Assembly (NCBI GenBank): GCA_965223325.1
Contig: CBDCWI010000001.1
Coordinates: 1,024,001-1,088,000, forward strand
Origin: Candidatus Multivoradales bacterium
GTDB taxonomy: Bacteria > Acidobacteriota > Thermoanaerobaculia > Multivoradales > Multivoraceae
Direction: 5' to 3'
Length of the DNA: 64,000 nt
The notes beneath the pieces were generated by a model. It ran no database searches and was not told where the DNA came from. It saw nothing but the letters and a program-made list of their open reading frames with translations. Positions within the stretch are counted from its first letter, which is position 1. The number at the start of each line of letters is the position of its first letter. The position numbers and the translations under genes are program-made. Of the stretch, positions 1 to 9,784 are shown one piece after another.

Positions 1-1474
1 GCAACGCCGCCAGGCGAGACGACACGTTCTCGGTCTGGGCACGCAAGCCACCGAGACCCAGCCGGACCGGCACTGCGACCGACTCGGGAGTCGCCGCCGC
101 AATGAGCGAGCGCTGATCTTCCGGCGAGAGGCCGAAAAGCTGCTCGCAACCCTCGGCCAAGGCACCTTCGGCCGATACACAGGCCTTGTCGAGCGCATCG
201 GCGAACGAAGCTTCGTTGGGGGAGGTCGCGGCATCGAACAGTGCTGCGCTGGCTCCTTCGACCCGGATGGTGAAGGTAATGACCTGGCCAGTCGCTAGGA
301 CGGTCAGGGTCACGGTGTAGTCGCCGGGGACCGGGCCCAGCAACACCGTCTGACTTACGTGGCCACTGGCGTCGCTGGTCGTGCGAGCACCGTTCTCGAG
401 GTTCGCACCCGGCGCGTCCCACAGCACAGCACTGTTTGGAATCGGTTCGCCGAAGGCGTTGACCAGATCCGCTTCGAGAACGACCGTGCCGTTCGCCCTG
501 GCCGTTGGGATCTGGACGGTCGTGTCGGGGGCCGGTGGTCCAGGGCCGCGGCTGGGGGTGTTTCCGCCGCCAGCGCTTCCGCCGTCATCGCCACCGTCGT
601 CACCGTCGCCACCGTCATCGCCGTCACCGTCATCGCCGTCATCTCCACCGTCGCCGTCATCGCCGCCGTCATCGCCGCCGTCGTCACCGTCATCGCCGCC
701 GCCGTCACCGCCGTCACCGCCGTCATCGCCGCCGTCACCCCCACCGGCATCGCCACCGTCATCGCCGTCATCTCCACCGTCGCCGTCATCGCCGCCGTCA
801 CCACCGCCGTCACCGCCGTCATCGCCGCCGTCGTCACCGTCATCGCCGCCGCCGTCACCATCATCGCCGCCGCCGTCACCATCATCGCCGCCGCCGTCAC
901 CGCCATCGCCACCATCATCGCCGCCGTCACCCCCACCGTCGTCACCGCCGTCGCTACCGTCATCGCCGTCATCACCACCGTCGCCGGCATCGCCGCCGCC
1001 GTCACCGCCGTCGCCACCGTCATCGCCGCTGTCACCCCCACCGTCGTCACCGCCGCCGCTACCGTCATCGCCGTCATCACCACCGTCGCCGGCATCGCCG
1101 CCGCCGTCACCGCCGTCGCCACCGTCATCGCCGCTGTCACCCCCACCGTCGTCACCGCCGCCGCTACCGTCATCGCCGTCATCACCACCGTCGCCGGCAT
1201 CGCCGCCGTCGTCACTGTCATCGCCGCCGTCGCTCGCTCCACGCGCAACGATTCCGAGCACGGGCCCTTCTTCTCCTCTCAGCCCGCCTGTCGTGATCTC
1301 AAAAGCGGAAGTAGCGGAACCCTCCTCTGCCGCGCCGAGGGCCGCAGCACTCACTGCGGTGAACAGCACCACGAGGGCCCAAGACAGAAGAGAGCGAACC
1401 AATCTGTCGTGTGCCGAAGCTCGATTCGCGGCGAGGGCAGAGTCGGGACGGCATAGCGACGTGGCATTGGGCAT
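1..1474 (-). CDS. Secreted Gly/Asp-rich repeat protein, probable autotransporter (3' part runs off the window)
   Basis: Not in the ORF track because it has no stop inside the window; read manually. ATG at 1474, signal-like segment (LVRSLLSWALVVLFTAVSAAALGA), ~215-aa GDGGDD tract, and an Ig-like segment (VLEADLVNAFGEPIPNSAVLW...GDYTVTLTV). Then ALDKAC..C..L...ATPE...Q.ENVSSRLAAL, a linker typical of what precedes autotransporter beta-barrels. Confidence 0.75.
   Translation of the reverse strand, partial: MPNATSLCRPDSALAANRASAHDRLVRSLLSWALVVLFTAVSAAALGAAEEGSATSAFEITTGGLRGEEGPVLGIVARGASDGGDDSDDGGDAGDGGDDGDDGSGGGDDGGGDSGDDGGDGGDGGGDAGDGGDDGDDGSGGGDDGGGDSGDDGGDGGDGGGDAGDGGDDGDDGSDGGDDGGGDGGDDGGDGGDGGGDDGDGGGDDGDGGGDDGDDGGDDGGDGGGDGGDDGDGGDDGDDGGDAGGGDGGDDGGDGGDGGGDDGDDGGDDGGDDGDGGDDGDDGDGDDGGDGDDGGDDGGSAGGGNTPSRGPGPPAPDTTVQIPTARANGTVVLEADLVNAFGEPIPNSAVLWDAPGANLENGARTTSDASGHVSQTVLLGPVPGDYTVTLTVLATGQVITFTIRVEGASAALFDAATSPNEASFADALDKACVSAEGALAEGCEQLFGLSPEDQRSLIAAATPESVAVPVRLGLGGLRAQTENVSSRLAAL
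582..1232 (-). repeat. Low-complexity Gly/Asp-coding tract containing ~3 copies of a 105-bp (35-aa) unit
   Basis: CCCCACCGTCGTCACCGCCG recurs at 931, 1036 and 1141 (105-bp period), within degenerate GCC/GTC/ATC/ACC triplets. Confidence 0.95.
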
Positions 1475-1684
1475 GAGCGAGCTCCAGAAGAGGTCGATGG
1501 GAGAATTCGGAGGGCGCCAAAGACGCCGTCAGAAAGAGGAAGAACGGAAAGTCTTCCATAGCAATGAGCACATTCCCTTCCGATCCGGAAGGAAGCGCCA
1601 CTTTGCTCTACCCAGGTACCAGCTATCCCACGAAAGCCAGTTTCAAAACCGCCAAAAACGCACCCGGGTCCCCTACTGCTTCCT

Positions 1685-2740
1685 CTACGGCTTCGCGAAG
1701 CGCGACGAAGACATAACCGAGTCGGGCTCGGTAGCCAGGAAGCCGAGGATGTTTCCGTCTGGGTCGCGCCCGAAGAGAATCGTTCCACCGTCCATCGGCT
1801 CGGGCCCCGTCTCGACCGTGCCACCTGCCTCGACCAACAGTTTCTTGGCCGCGTCGAGATTCCAGGTATCGAAGACGATCATGTTGTAGCCGGGTGCATC
1901 GACCGGTCGTGGCGCGGCAGGTTCGGGTGGGTGGCTCAGGTACTCGACGATCTCGAGCTCGAGATTCCGCACCGAGAACCAGGCCATGAGCAGGCGCGTT
2001 CCTGGAAGGCCAGAGACCTGGTCGAACGGTTCACCCGCGAGGCCATTCTCACCACCGGCACGACGCGGTGACGGCGTCTCGAGAAGCTTGGAGTAGAACG
2101 CAACGGCGCGATCGATGTCAGGACTGGCGAGTGAGACGTGACGAATGCGGTAGAAACCCTCGCGCGCCGTCTCGGCAGCCGCTACATCGATGTGTTCGAC
2201 CTCGAACATGATCCCATCGGGATCGTGCGCGTACGCATAGACGACCGGATTGCGCGGGCTCAAGACCACCAGTTCGGGGTTACCTCGGGTCTTCGCGCCC
2301 GCGGCGATGAACTTCTGGTAGGTCTCGAGCTTTCCGTCGGACTGGTAGCAGACATGCGCGACTCCTGGCCCGTTGACCGGAACCGGGCCTGGAACGCTGC
2401 TCTCCGATACGTCGTCAAACTTCATCAACCGCGTCTGAGCGTTGGTGCTGGCAAGCAGGACGGACTCCACGGCGACACCTTCGCGACCCGCCAGAACGTC
2501 CAACGCTGCGCTTTTCTCGAGTCGGTCCCGGGCAACCTCTTCGAGCCTCGCCGCCTCACCGTAGAATGCGGCCGACTGGTCGACGTCGCTCACTGCAAGG
2601 CCAACGTAGCTGACGCCTCGAATGACTTTTGCATCCATGGGCTTTGCCTCCTGGGCGACGACCGAACTGACCGACGCCACAATGGCCGACAACACACAAA
2701 GGATGGCAGCCAACAGCAGAACGAGCCGTCTTGCGTCCAT
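1685..2740 (-). CDS. Exported two-domain VOC (glyoxalase/bleomycin-resistance) family protein
   Basis: GGGAGA RBS before ATG 2740; signal peptide MDARRLVLLLAAILCVLSAIVASVSSVVAQ. Two VOC modules: YVGLAVSDVDQSAAFY...HDPDGIMFEVE and RHVSLASPDIDRAVAFY...RDPDGNILGF. Confidence 0.85.
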   Translation of the reverse strand: MDARRLVLLLAAILCVLSAIVASVSSVVAQEAKPMDAKVIRGVSYVGLAVSDVDQSAAFYGEAARLEEVARDRLEKSAALDVLAGREGVAVESVLLASTNAQTRLMKFDDVSESSVPGPVPVNGPGVAHVCYQSDGKLETYQKFIAAGAKTRGNPELVVLSPRNPVVYAYAHDPDGIMFEVEHIDVAAAETAREGFYRIRHVSLASPDIDRAVAFYSKLLETPSPRRAGGENGLAGEPFDQVSGLPGTRLLMAWFSVRNLELEIVEYLSHPPEPAAPRPVDAPGYNMIVFDTWNLDAAKKLLVEAGGTVETGPEPMDGGTILFGRDPDGNILGFLATEPDSVMSSSRFAKP

Positions 2741-2810
2741 GAAATTCTCCCGGGGAGGTGTACGGCGGAGGGTAGCAGAGCAAGGGCCGCCGCACCGGTA
2801 CAGTGCCGGC

Positions 2811-4664
2811 ATGCAACGCAACCTCGCCGCCATCGCCCTCGCCCTCACGATCGCCCTGCCCGTTGCTGACGACAGTCGGCTCGGCGCGCAGGAAACTCCT
2901 TCGCTCACCGGCGAGGCACTGTTTACGAAACACTGCGGAGACTGCCATGAGCCCTCGATTGGCGGAGCACCGACCATCGAGTCAATGAAGGCGATGTCCG
3001 CCGAGCGGCTGCTCGCATCACTGCGCTCGGGCGTAATGCAAGAGCAGGCTGCAGAGCTCAGTGACGAAGAGATGCGGGCCGTGGTCGGCTTCCTGGCGGT
3101 CGACCGGCGGGCCGGCCGGGTGAGCGTCGATCGCAACAAGTGGTCGTGCGAAGGCGTTTGGCCTTCGCGCGGTGCTTCGTACTGGGTACGCTGGGGCCGA
3201 GATGCGAAGAACAGCCGCTTCACGCCCGCCGACGCGCATCGCTTCGACCGTTCCAACGTTGCCGGCCTGCGCCTCGCGTGGGCGTTCGGGTTTCCCGACG
3301 CTGTAAGGGCCCGATCCCAGCCCGTCATTACCGAGAACATGATCTACCTCGGCAGCCAGGAAGGGACGGTGTTCGCGCTCGATCGCGAACGCGGCTGTGT
3401 GTGGTGGACCTTCAGCACCAAGGCCGAGGTGCGTAGCTCTCTGACTCTGGCAACCGACGCCAGCGGAGGCACCGCAACGCTCTACTTCGGTGACTTCGAA
3501 GGCAACGTCTACGCTCTTGACGCCGACAGCGGGAAACCGCGATGGCAGAGGAGCGTCGCCGACCACCGGGATGCAACGATCACCGGCTCGATCGCCCATC
3601 ACGACGGGATGCTCTTCGTTCCCATGTCCTCCACCGAGATCATCAGCGCCTACTACAAGGAGTACGAGTGCTGCACCTTCCGCGGCGGCGTGCTCGCCCT
3701 GCGCGCCGAGGACGGCGAAGCGCTGTGGCGGATGTACACCACTCGCGAAGCCACCAAACAGAAGCGCAACTCCCATGGCGTGCAACTCTGGGGGCCGTCT
3801 GGTGCACCCGTCTGGTCGGCACCGACGGTCGACTCGAAACGCGGCCTGCTCTACGTTGGAACCGGCGAGAACTACAGCACCCCCGCCAACGACAAGAGCG
3901 ATGCCATCATCGCGCTCCATCTTGCGACCGGCAAGATCGAATGGGTGCAGCAGACCATCGCCGGCGACGCCTGGAACGGTGCCTGCGTCGGACCGAAGAT
4001 CAACTGCCCCGAAGAAGACGGGCCAGACTTCGACTTCGGTGCTCCCCCGATTCTCGCCACCGTCGACAGCCGGGACTACGTGCTCGCCGGCCAGAAGTCG
4101 GGAATGATCTTCGCGATGGACCCAGACGACGGTGGCAAGATCCTCTGGCAACGCCGCCTCGGTATGGGCGGCTTCAACGGCGGCGTGCACTGGGGCATGT
4201 CGGTTTCGGGCAGAACGTTGATCGTGCCGATCACCGACACGCCCGGCAGTCGCTTTGCCACCGGCGACCCACGGCCGGGATTGCACGCGCTCGACGTTGC
4301 CACCGGCGAAGAGAAATGGAGCACGCTCCATCCCGCGACCTGCACTGGCAAACGGAGTTGCTACTTCGAGGGCCTCTCGGCAGCCGTCACCACAACCGAC
4401 GAGCTGGCCTTCGCGGCGAGCCTCAACGGCGTACTCAGCGCGTACAACATAGAGACCGGCGAGCGCATCTGGTCCTTCGAAACCCGCCGCGAGTTCGAAA
4501 CCACCAACGCTGTCGAAGCAGCGGGCGGCAGCATCGACTCAGCCGGCGCAGTGATCGCAGGCGATGACCTCTACATCAACTCTGGTTACGACAAATGGGG
4601 CCAGTTCGCGGGCAACGTCTTCCTCGCCTTCGAGCTCGCCGCCGAAGCAAATGTTGGTGGTTAA
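2811..4664 (+). CDS. Quinohemoprotein PQQ-dependent dehydrogenase (polyvinyl-alcohol dehydrogenase-like) with N-terminal cytochrome c
   Basis: Signal peptide, CGDCH heme motif, PQQ propeller repeats (FALDRERGCVWW, YALDADSGKPRW), YECCTFRG, GAPVWSAPT, GPDFDFG, GGVHWG. Confidence 0.88.
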   Translation: MQRNLAAIALALTIALPVADDSRLGAQETPSLTGEALFTKHCGDCHEPSIGGAPTIESMKAMSAERLLASLRSGVMQEQAAELSDEEMRAVVGFLAVDRRAGRVSVDRNKWSCEGVWPSRGASYWVRWGRDAKNSRFTPADAHRFDRSNVAGLRLAWAFGFPDAVRARSQPVITENMIYLGSQEGTVFALDRERGCVWWTFSTKAEVRSSLTLATDASGGTATLYFGDFEGNVYALDADSGKPRWQRSVADHRDATITGSIAHHDGMLFVPMSSTEIISAYYKEYECCTFRGGVLALRAEDGEALWRMYTTREATKQKRNSHGVQLWGPSGAPVWSAPTVDSKRGLLYVGTGENYSTPANDKSDAIIALHLATGKIEWVQQTIAGDAWNGACVGPKINCPEEDGPDFDFGAPPILATVDSRDYVLAGQKSGMIFAMDPDDGGKILWQRRLGMGGFNGGVHWGMSVSGRTLIVPITDTPGSRFATGDPRPGLHALDVATGEEKWSTLHPATCTGKRSCYFEGLSAAVTTTDELAFAASLNGVLSAYNIETGERIWSFETRREFETTNAVEAAGGSIDSAGAVIAGDDLYINSGYDKWGQFAGNVFLAFELAAEANVGG

Positions 4665-5452
4665 GGAATCGTCAGTTGCGAGGTGTTCGGTTCGGCCGTC
4701 GGGAGTGATGGTGGTGATGCCGCCATTGGCGATGGTGGCAACGCAGACGTTGCCGGAACTGTCGACGGCGAGAGAGTCGAGTAGTTGGAGGCCCGGGAGG
4801 CCGGAGAGCAGGTAGCCGGCCTTGGGTAATCGGGGGTGGGAAACGATCTCGCCGGGGCCTACGAGGTTCCAGTACCAGACGCGGCCGGTATGGGTTTCGG
4901 CTACGTAGAGGCGAGTCTCGTCTGGGGAGAGGCCGATGCCGTTGGGAGCGTTGAGCGGGAAGATCTTTTCTTCGATCGATGAGCCGCCTGGTTGGGCGTA
5001 GAAGACACCCGTTCGGTCCTCGTCGCGCTCGCGGGTCCTGCCGTGGTCGGCGAACCAGAAGCCACCTGTATTGTCGAAGATGAGGTCGTTGGGGACCCGG
5101 AGCGGAATGTCCCCTGCACGGGTGTAGAGCGTCTCGACCTCGCCGGTGGCCAGATCGACGGCCTGAATCGAGCCGCCCCGGTAGTCGCTGGCCTGTTGCC
5201 GGGGAATAAGCGCTCGCCCACCTTGCGCCCCTCGAAGCCCCCGTTGTTGCAGAGGTAGCAACGGCCATCCGGGCCGATGGCGCCGCCGTTGGGGCCACCG
5301 CCGGGTTCGGCGACGGTTTCCTTCGAGCCGTCCGGCCGGACGCGAGTGAGACGACCGGCGGCGATCTCGACCAAAAGAGCCGAGCCATCCGGCATCCAAA
5401 CGGGGCCCTCAGGGAAGTGCAGCCCTTCGGTGACGATTCCCTACTGCGTCAT
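4635..5452 (-). pseudogene. SMP-30/gluconolactonase/LRE family pseudogene
   Basis: RBS then ATG ACG CAG TAG (stop at codon 4) ahead of GLHFPEGPVWMPDG. Frameshift at ~5195: ...LFPGN continues as QASDYRGGSIQ in another frame. Later PNGIGLSPD and DSLAVD; homology stops abruptly after TTNICFGGE. Confidence 0.85.
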
Positions 5453-5654
5453 ACCCTTGTTCTCCCGAATGGCTCTTTCTTGGGTCGGTGCTAGCCCGCA
5501 GTACAGAAACGAAAGGTCTCCTCTCCGCCCTCTGACCCGCCTCTGGGGTCATGCCGAATCTCAGTGCGGCTATGATCGCCCCGCGCAAGACGCTGCCGGA
5601 GGCTCCGACGATCCACGGCGAGAAGACGAACCGCGCCCGCGGCCCTCCCCCACC

Positions 5655-7073
5655 ATGGCAGACGACCACACCCTCAAAGCTCGCCTGACGGAAGGCTCGG
5701 TCAAGGGACAGCTGACGCGAATGACGCTTCCGATGGTGGGCGGCATCTTCGCGATGATGGCCTTCAACCTGACGGACACCTACTTCGTCAGCCGGTTGGG
5801 AACCGAAGAGCTGGCCGCAATGACCTTCACCTTTCCAGTGGTGATGCTCTTCTTCTCGATGTCGATCGGTCTCGGCGCCGGTACGTCTTCGGTTCTAGCC
5901 CGCGCCTTGGGCGGTGAGAGCGACCGCTCGATTCGGCGCATCGCAACCGACAGCCTCCTGCTCTCGGTTCTAGTGGTTGGCGCGTTCTCGGCAATTGGCC
6001 TTCTCTTGTGCGACCCGATCTTTCGCTTGCTCGGTGCCGACGAAGTAACGCTCCCGCTTGTGCGCGAGTACATGATCCTCTGGTTCTCGGGCGCCATCCT
6101 GGTGATCGTGCCAATGGTCGCCAACAGCGCCATCCGCGCAACCGGCAACACCAAACTACCCAGCCTGTTCATGGTCGCGGCCTCGATCATCAACATCGCG
6201 CTCGACCCGATTCTGATCTTCGGCCTTCTCGGCTTCCCGGCCCTGGGTTTAAAGGGCGCGGCCATCGCAACTCTCGCGTCGCGCTCGATCACCCTGGTGC
6301 TTGGCATCTGGGTTCTGTGGCGTGTCGAACGGCTGTTGACTTTCGAAGTGCCTTCCCTGCCAGAGCTGATCACTTCGTGGAAGCGCATCTTGCACATCGG
6401 CCTGCCGGCGGCAGCGACCAATATGATCATCCCCGGCACGATGACCGTGATCACGCCGATGATCGCCGCCTTTGGCGCCCAGGCAGTCGCCGCCTTCGGT
6501 GCCGCATCGCGCATTCAGTCGATGGCACTGATCCTCTTCTTCGCCATCTCGGCGGTCATTGGCCCCTTCGTGGGCCAGAACCAGGGAGCGGCCATGTACG
6601 ACCGCATTCGCGAAGCGGTGCGGGTGACCTATGTTTTCTGCTTCGCATTCGGTGCCGTCGCCGCCATCGCCCTAATGCTCGCTGCCCGGCCGCTCGCCGC
6701 GATCTTCAGCCAGGATCCCGAGGTCATCGACATCGCGGTGCGCTATCTCATGATCATGCCGATCGGCTTCGGCCTCTACGGCATCGTGATGCAGGCCAAC
6801 GCAATCTTCAATGCGCTCGACCGCCCGCTGCGCGCCACCGTTCTCTCGGTCACTCGCATGGTGGGGTTGTTCCTACCGCTGGCCTGGATTGGTTCCGAGG
6901 TCTTCGGCCTGCACGGAATCTGGATTGGTGGCGCGACCGCGAATGTCCTTGCCGGGATCCTTGCCCTCGTGCTCACCCGGGCGATGGTGAAAGACGATGC
7001 CCTGGCCGCGGTGGGCGCGCCCGCCCAGGCACCACCCGCACCGCATCGGCGGGCTGCGGTTGGCCAGCAGTAG
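5655..7073 (+). CDS. MATE family efflux transporter
   Basis: LTEGSV..L..MTLPM, DTYFVSRLG, LDPILIFG, ~12 hydrophobic segments. Confidence 0.93.
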   Translation: MADDHTLKARLTEGSVKGQLTRMTLPMVGGIFAMMAFNLTDTYFVSRLGTEELAAMTFTFPVVMLFFSMSIGLGAGTSSVLARALGGESDRSIRRIATDSLLLSVLVVGAFSAIGLLLCDPIFRLLGADEVTLPLVREYMILWFSGAILVIVPMVANSAIRATGNTKLPSLFMVAASIINIALDPILIFGLLGFPALGLKGAAIATLASRSITLVLGIWVLWRVERLLTFEVPSLPELITSWKRILHIGLPAAATNMIIPGTMTVITPMIAAFGAQAVAAFGAASRIQSMALILFFAISAVIGPFVGQNQGAAMYDRIREAVRVTYVFCFAFGAVAAIALMLAARPLAAIFSQDPEVIDIAVRYLMIMPIGFGLYGIVMQANAIFNALDRPLRATVLSVTRMVGLFLPLAWIGSEVFGLHGIWIGGATANVLAGILALVLTRAMVKDDALAAVGAPAQAPPAPHRRAAVGQQ

Positions 7074-7082
7074 AACCCTTCT

Positions 7083-8735
7083 TCAGGAGAGCGTTGGCAC
7101 GAACGTCGGCGGCCGACGATGCCGGGTGTGCTGTTCGTAGCCGAAGGCGATGGCGAGCAGCCGCGGCTCGCTCCAGGCCGGGCCGAAGATCGAGATGCCG
7201 ATAGGCAACCCTTTGATGAACCCAGCGGGCACGGTGATGTTGGGATACCCAGCAATCGCCGCCGCGCTCGAGCTCCCGAGCCCGAAGCTATCGCCGTTGA
7301 TGTGGTCGGTCACCCACGCGGGGCCGCCAGTGGGCGCAACCAACGCATCGAGTCGATGCTCCCCCACCAGCTGGTCGATTCCTTCCTCGCGGGCCAGGCG
7401 TAGAGCCTTCTCGCGCGCGGCGAGATACGCCGGATCGTCCAGTTCACCCTTGGCAATCGCGGCTTCGAAGATTTCCTGGCCGAACCAGGGCATCTCGGTC
7501 TCGGCGTGCTCCTCGTTGAAGGCGGCGAGCTCAGCCAGCGTTCTGGCCGGTGCGGCCTCGCCGAGCTCCGCCAGGTAACTCGCCATCCCGGCCTTGAACT
7601 CGAACAACATCACCTCGTAGGAGGCGCTACTCATCGCGCGGGCGTTCTCGAAGGTCAACTCATCCTGGATCTCGCAGCCGAGCTTCCGCAGGTCTTCGAT
7701 CGCCGCCAGCATGAGCTCATCGACCCGGTCGTCACGACCGAAGGCGTCACGCACAACACCAACTCGAGCCCCCGCGAGGACGCCACTCGGGTTGTCCTGG
7801 TCGAGAAACTGCAGATAGTCGCGGTGCCCGTTCCGGTCGGCGGCTGAGGTGCTTGAATCTCTCCCGTCGACTCCACAAAGCGCACCCAGAACGATGGCCG
7901 CGTCGCGCACCGACCGCGTCATCGGGCCGGCGGTGTCCTGCGTCGAGGAAATGGGCACGATCAGGTCGCGCGACACCAGGCCCACCGTGGGCTTGAGGCC
8001 AACGATGCCATTGGCCGACGCGGGGCACACGATCGAACCGTTGGTCTCGGTGCCGATCGCCGCCGCCGCGAGGTTGGCCGACACCGCCACGCCAGAGCCA
8101 GAACTCGAGCCGCAAGGATTGCGGTCCAGCGCATAGGGGTTGCGGCACTGGCCACCGCGGGCGCTCCATCCTGAGGACGAGCGCGTCGAGCGGAAGTTGG
8201 CCCATTCCGAGAGGTTCGCCTTACCGAGCAGCACCGCGCCAGCTGTTCGCAGCTGCGCCGCCACGAACGAATCACGCGGCGGAATCGAGCCCGCAAGCGC
8301 CAACGAACCGGCAGTGGTTGTCGTGCGGTCGTGAGTGGCGATGTTGTCCTTGAGCAGCACCGGAATGCCGTGCAGCGGGCCCCGAACTCGGCCCGCGGCG
8401 CGCTCGCGATCGAGGGCAGTGGCGAGGTCGACGGCGTCGGGGTTGGTTTCGAGCACCGAGCGCAGGGCGGGGCCGCGACGATCGAGCAACTCAATGCGCT
8501 CGAGGTAGGCGCGCACCAGACTCTCGGCGGTCAGGCGACCGTCGGCCATCGCGGCACCGAGCTCCTCGATGGAGCGTTCTCTGATCTCGAAACCCGCCTG
8601 GGCACCCGCCTGTTGACCGCCGATGGCTCCTCGTGTCAACGCACCGGACAGAGTCTCTGCGGCGAGATTCATCGCCCCCGCCGCGGCCGTCGCCTTCAAG
8701 AGGTCGCGCCGCTTGATTCCGAAACCTTCACTCAC
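7083..8735 (-). CDS. Amidase-signature family enzyme with Tat signal peptide
   Basis: KRRDLLK twin-arginine motif; LLKDNI, GSSSGSG, GTETNGSIVCPA, GLKPTVG. Confidence 0.92.
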   Translation of the reverse strand: MSEGFGIKRRDLLKATAAAGAMNLAAETLSGALTRGAIGGQQAGAQAGFEIRERSIEELGAAMADGRLTAESLVRAYLERIELLDRRGPALRSVLETNPDAVDLATALDRERAAGRVRGPLHGIPVLLKDNIATHDRTTTTAGSLALAGSIPPRDSFVAAQLRTAGAVLLGKANLSEWANFRSTRSSSGWSARGGQCRNPYALDRNPCGSSSGSGVAVSANLAAAAIGTETNGSIVCPASANGIVGLKPTVGLVSRDLIVPISSTQDTAGPMTRSVRDAAIVLGALCGVDGRDSSTSAADRNGHRDYLQFLDQDNPSGVLAGARVGVVRDAFGRDDRVDELMLAAIEDLRKLGCEIQDELTFENARAMSSASYEVMLFEFKAGMASYLAELGEAAPARTLAELAAFNEEHAETEMPWFGQEIFEAAIAKGELDDPAYLAAREKALRLAREEGIDQLVGEHRLDALVAPTGGPAWVTDHINGDSFGLGSSSAAAIAGYPNITVPAGFIKGLPIGISIFGPAWSEPRLLAIAFGYEQHTRHRRPPTFVPTLS

Positions 8736-8757
8736 ATCGCACCTAAGCCTTCTCTCG

Positions 8758-9780
8758 TCATGGACTCTTCTTCCCGCTGGCCTCTTCCGGAGTCACGCCC
8801 AGGAACTGCGACAGAACCTTTCGGGCAGCTCGGGTCGCCGGGACACGCCGGTGGACGACTTCCTCCTCGAGCGACTCGAGCAGCTGACCTACCGCCGGGT
8901 CGCCTTCGAGTGCATCACGCAAGCCGTCGGCGATGAGCGCGTGCATCCAGTCGAGCTGCTGCTGTTGGCGGCGCGCCTCGAAGTCTCCACTTCGTTCGCT
9001 GAGCTCGCGGTGCTCCAGCATCTTCTTCCACACTTCCTCGAGCCCGGTCCCCTCGAGCGCACTCACCATGACGACCGGCGCTCGCCAGGATTCGTCACCG
9101 GCCGCGAGAATATGAAGCGCGGCTCGCAGGTCGGCGGCGGCGCGGCGAGCGTTGGCGACCTGCTCGCCATCGGCCTTGTTGACCGCGATCATGTCGGCGA
9201 GCTCGAGGACGCCCTTCTTGATGCCCTGCAGCTCGTCGCCGGCACCGGGAAGCATCAGCACCAGGAAGAAATCGACCATCTCGAAGACCTGTGTCTCCGA
9301 CTGGCCCGAACCCACGGTCTCAACCAGGATGACGTCGAAGCCCGCCGCCTCAGAGATCAGCATCGACTCGCGGGTGCGACGCGCCACCCCACCGAGGGTT
9401 CCCGATGTCGGCGAAGGACGCACGAAAGCTCTGGGGTCGTTGGCGAGTTTCGCCATCCGGGTCTTGTCGCCCAGAATCGAGCCGCCGGTCCGCTGACTCG
9501 AAGGATCAACCGCGAGCACCGCAACGCGCTTCCCTCTGGCAGTGAGCGACGTGCCGAGGGCTTCGATGAAGGTGCTCTTGCCAACTCCGGGGACCCCGGT
9601 GATCCCGATGCGATGTGCGCCACCGGTTCGTGGCAGGAGTTCGGCGAGGAGCTGCTCGGCTTCCTTCTGGTGCTCGAGTGCGCGCGATTCGATCAAGGTG
9701 ATCGCACGCCCAAGAGCCGCGCGATTGCCCGCCAGGACGCCCTCGACAAGCTCCGCCGCACTGGTTCCCGACACCGGCAA
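8758..9780 (-). CDS. meaB: Methylmalonyl-CoA mutase-associated GTPase MeaB
   Basis: GITGVPGVGKST, AVDPSS..TGGSILGDKTRM, ETVG.GQSE, NKADG; directly downstream of the mutase genes. Confidence 0.96.
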   Translation of the reverse strand: MPVSGTSAAELVEGVLAGNRAALGRAITLIESRALEHQKEAEQLLAELLPRTGGAHRIGITGVPGVGKSTFIEALGTSLTARGKRVAVLAVDPSSQRTGGSILGDKTRMAKLANDPRAFVRPSPTSGTLGGVARRTRESMLISEAAGFDVILVETVGSGQSETQVFEMVDFFLVLMLPGAGDELQGIKKGVLELADMIAVNKADGEQVANARRAAADLRAALHILAAGDESWRAPVVMVSALEGTGLEEVWKKMLEHRELSERSGDFEARRQQQQLDWMHALIADGLRDALEGDPAVGQLLESLEEEVVHRRVPATRAARKVLSQFLGVTPEEASGKKSP

Positions 9781-9784
9781 GTGC

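Noticed and set aside
355-1889. Long Pro/Ser-, Val/Ile/Ala-, Arg/His- and Thr/Ala/Met-rich ORFs
   Set aside because: Shadow frames of the Gly/Asp repeat; the minus-strand frame starting at 1474 has a signal peptide and plausible flanking domains
5441-5443. In-frame TAG as possible pyrrolysine or readthrough codon
   Set aside because: The same gene also has a frameshift and a 3' truncation, and TAG is used as a normal stop elsewhere in the window
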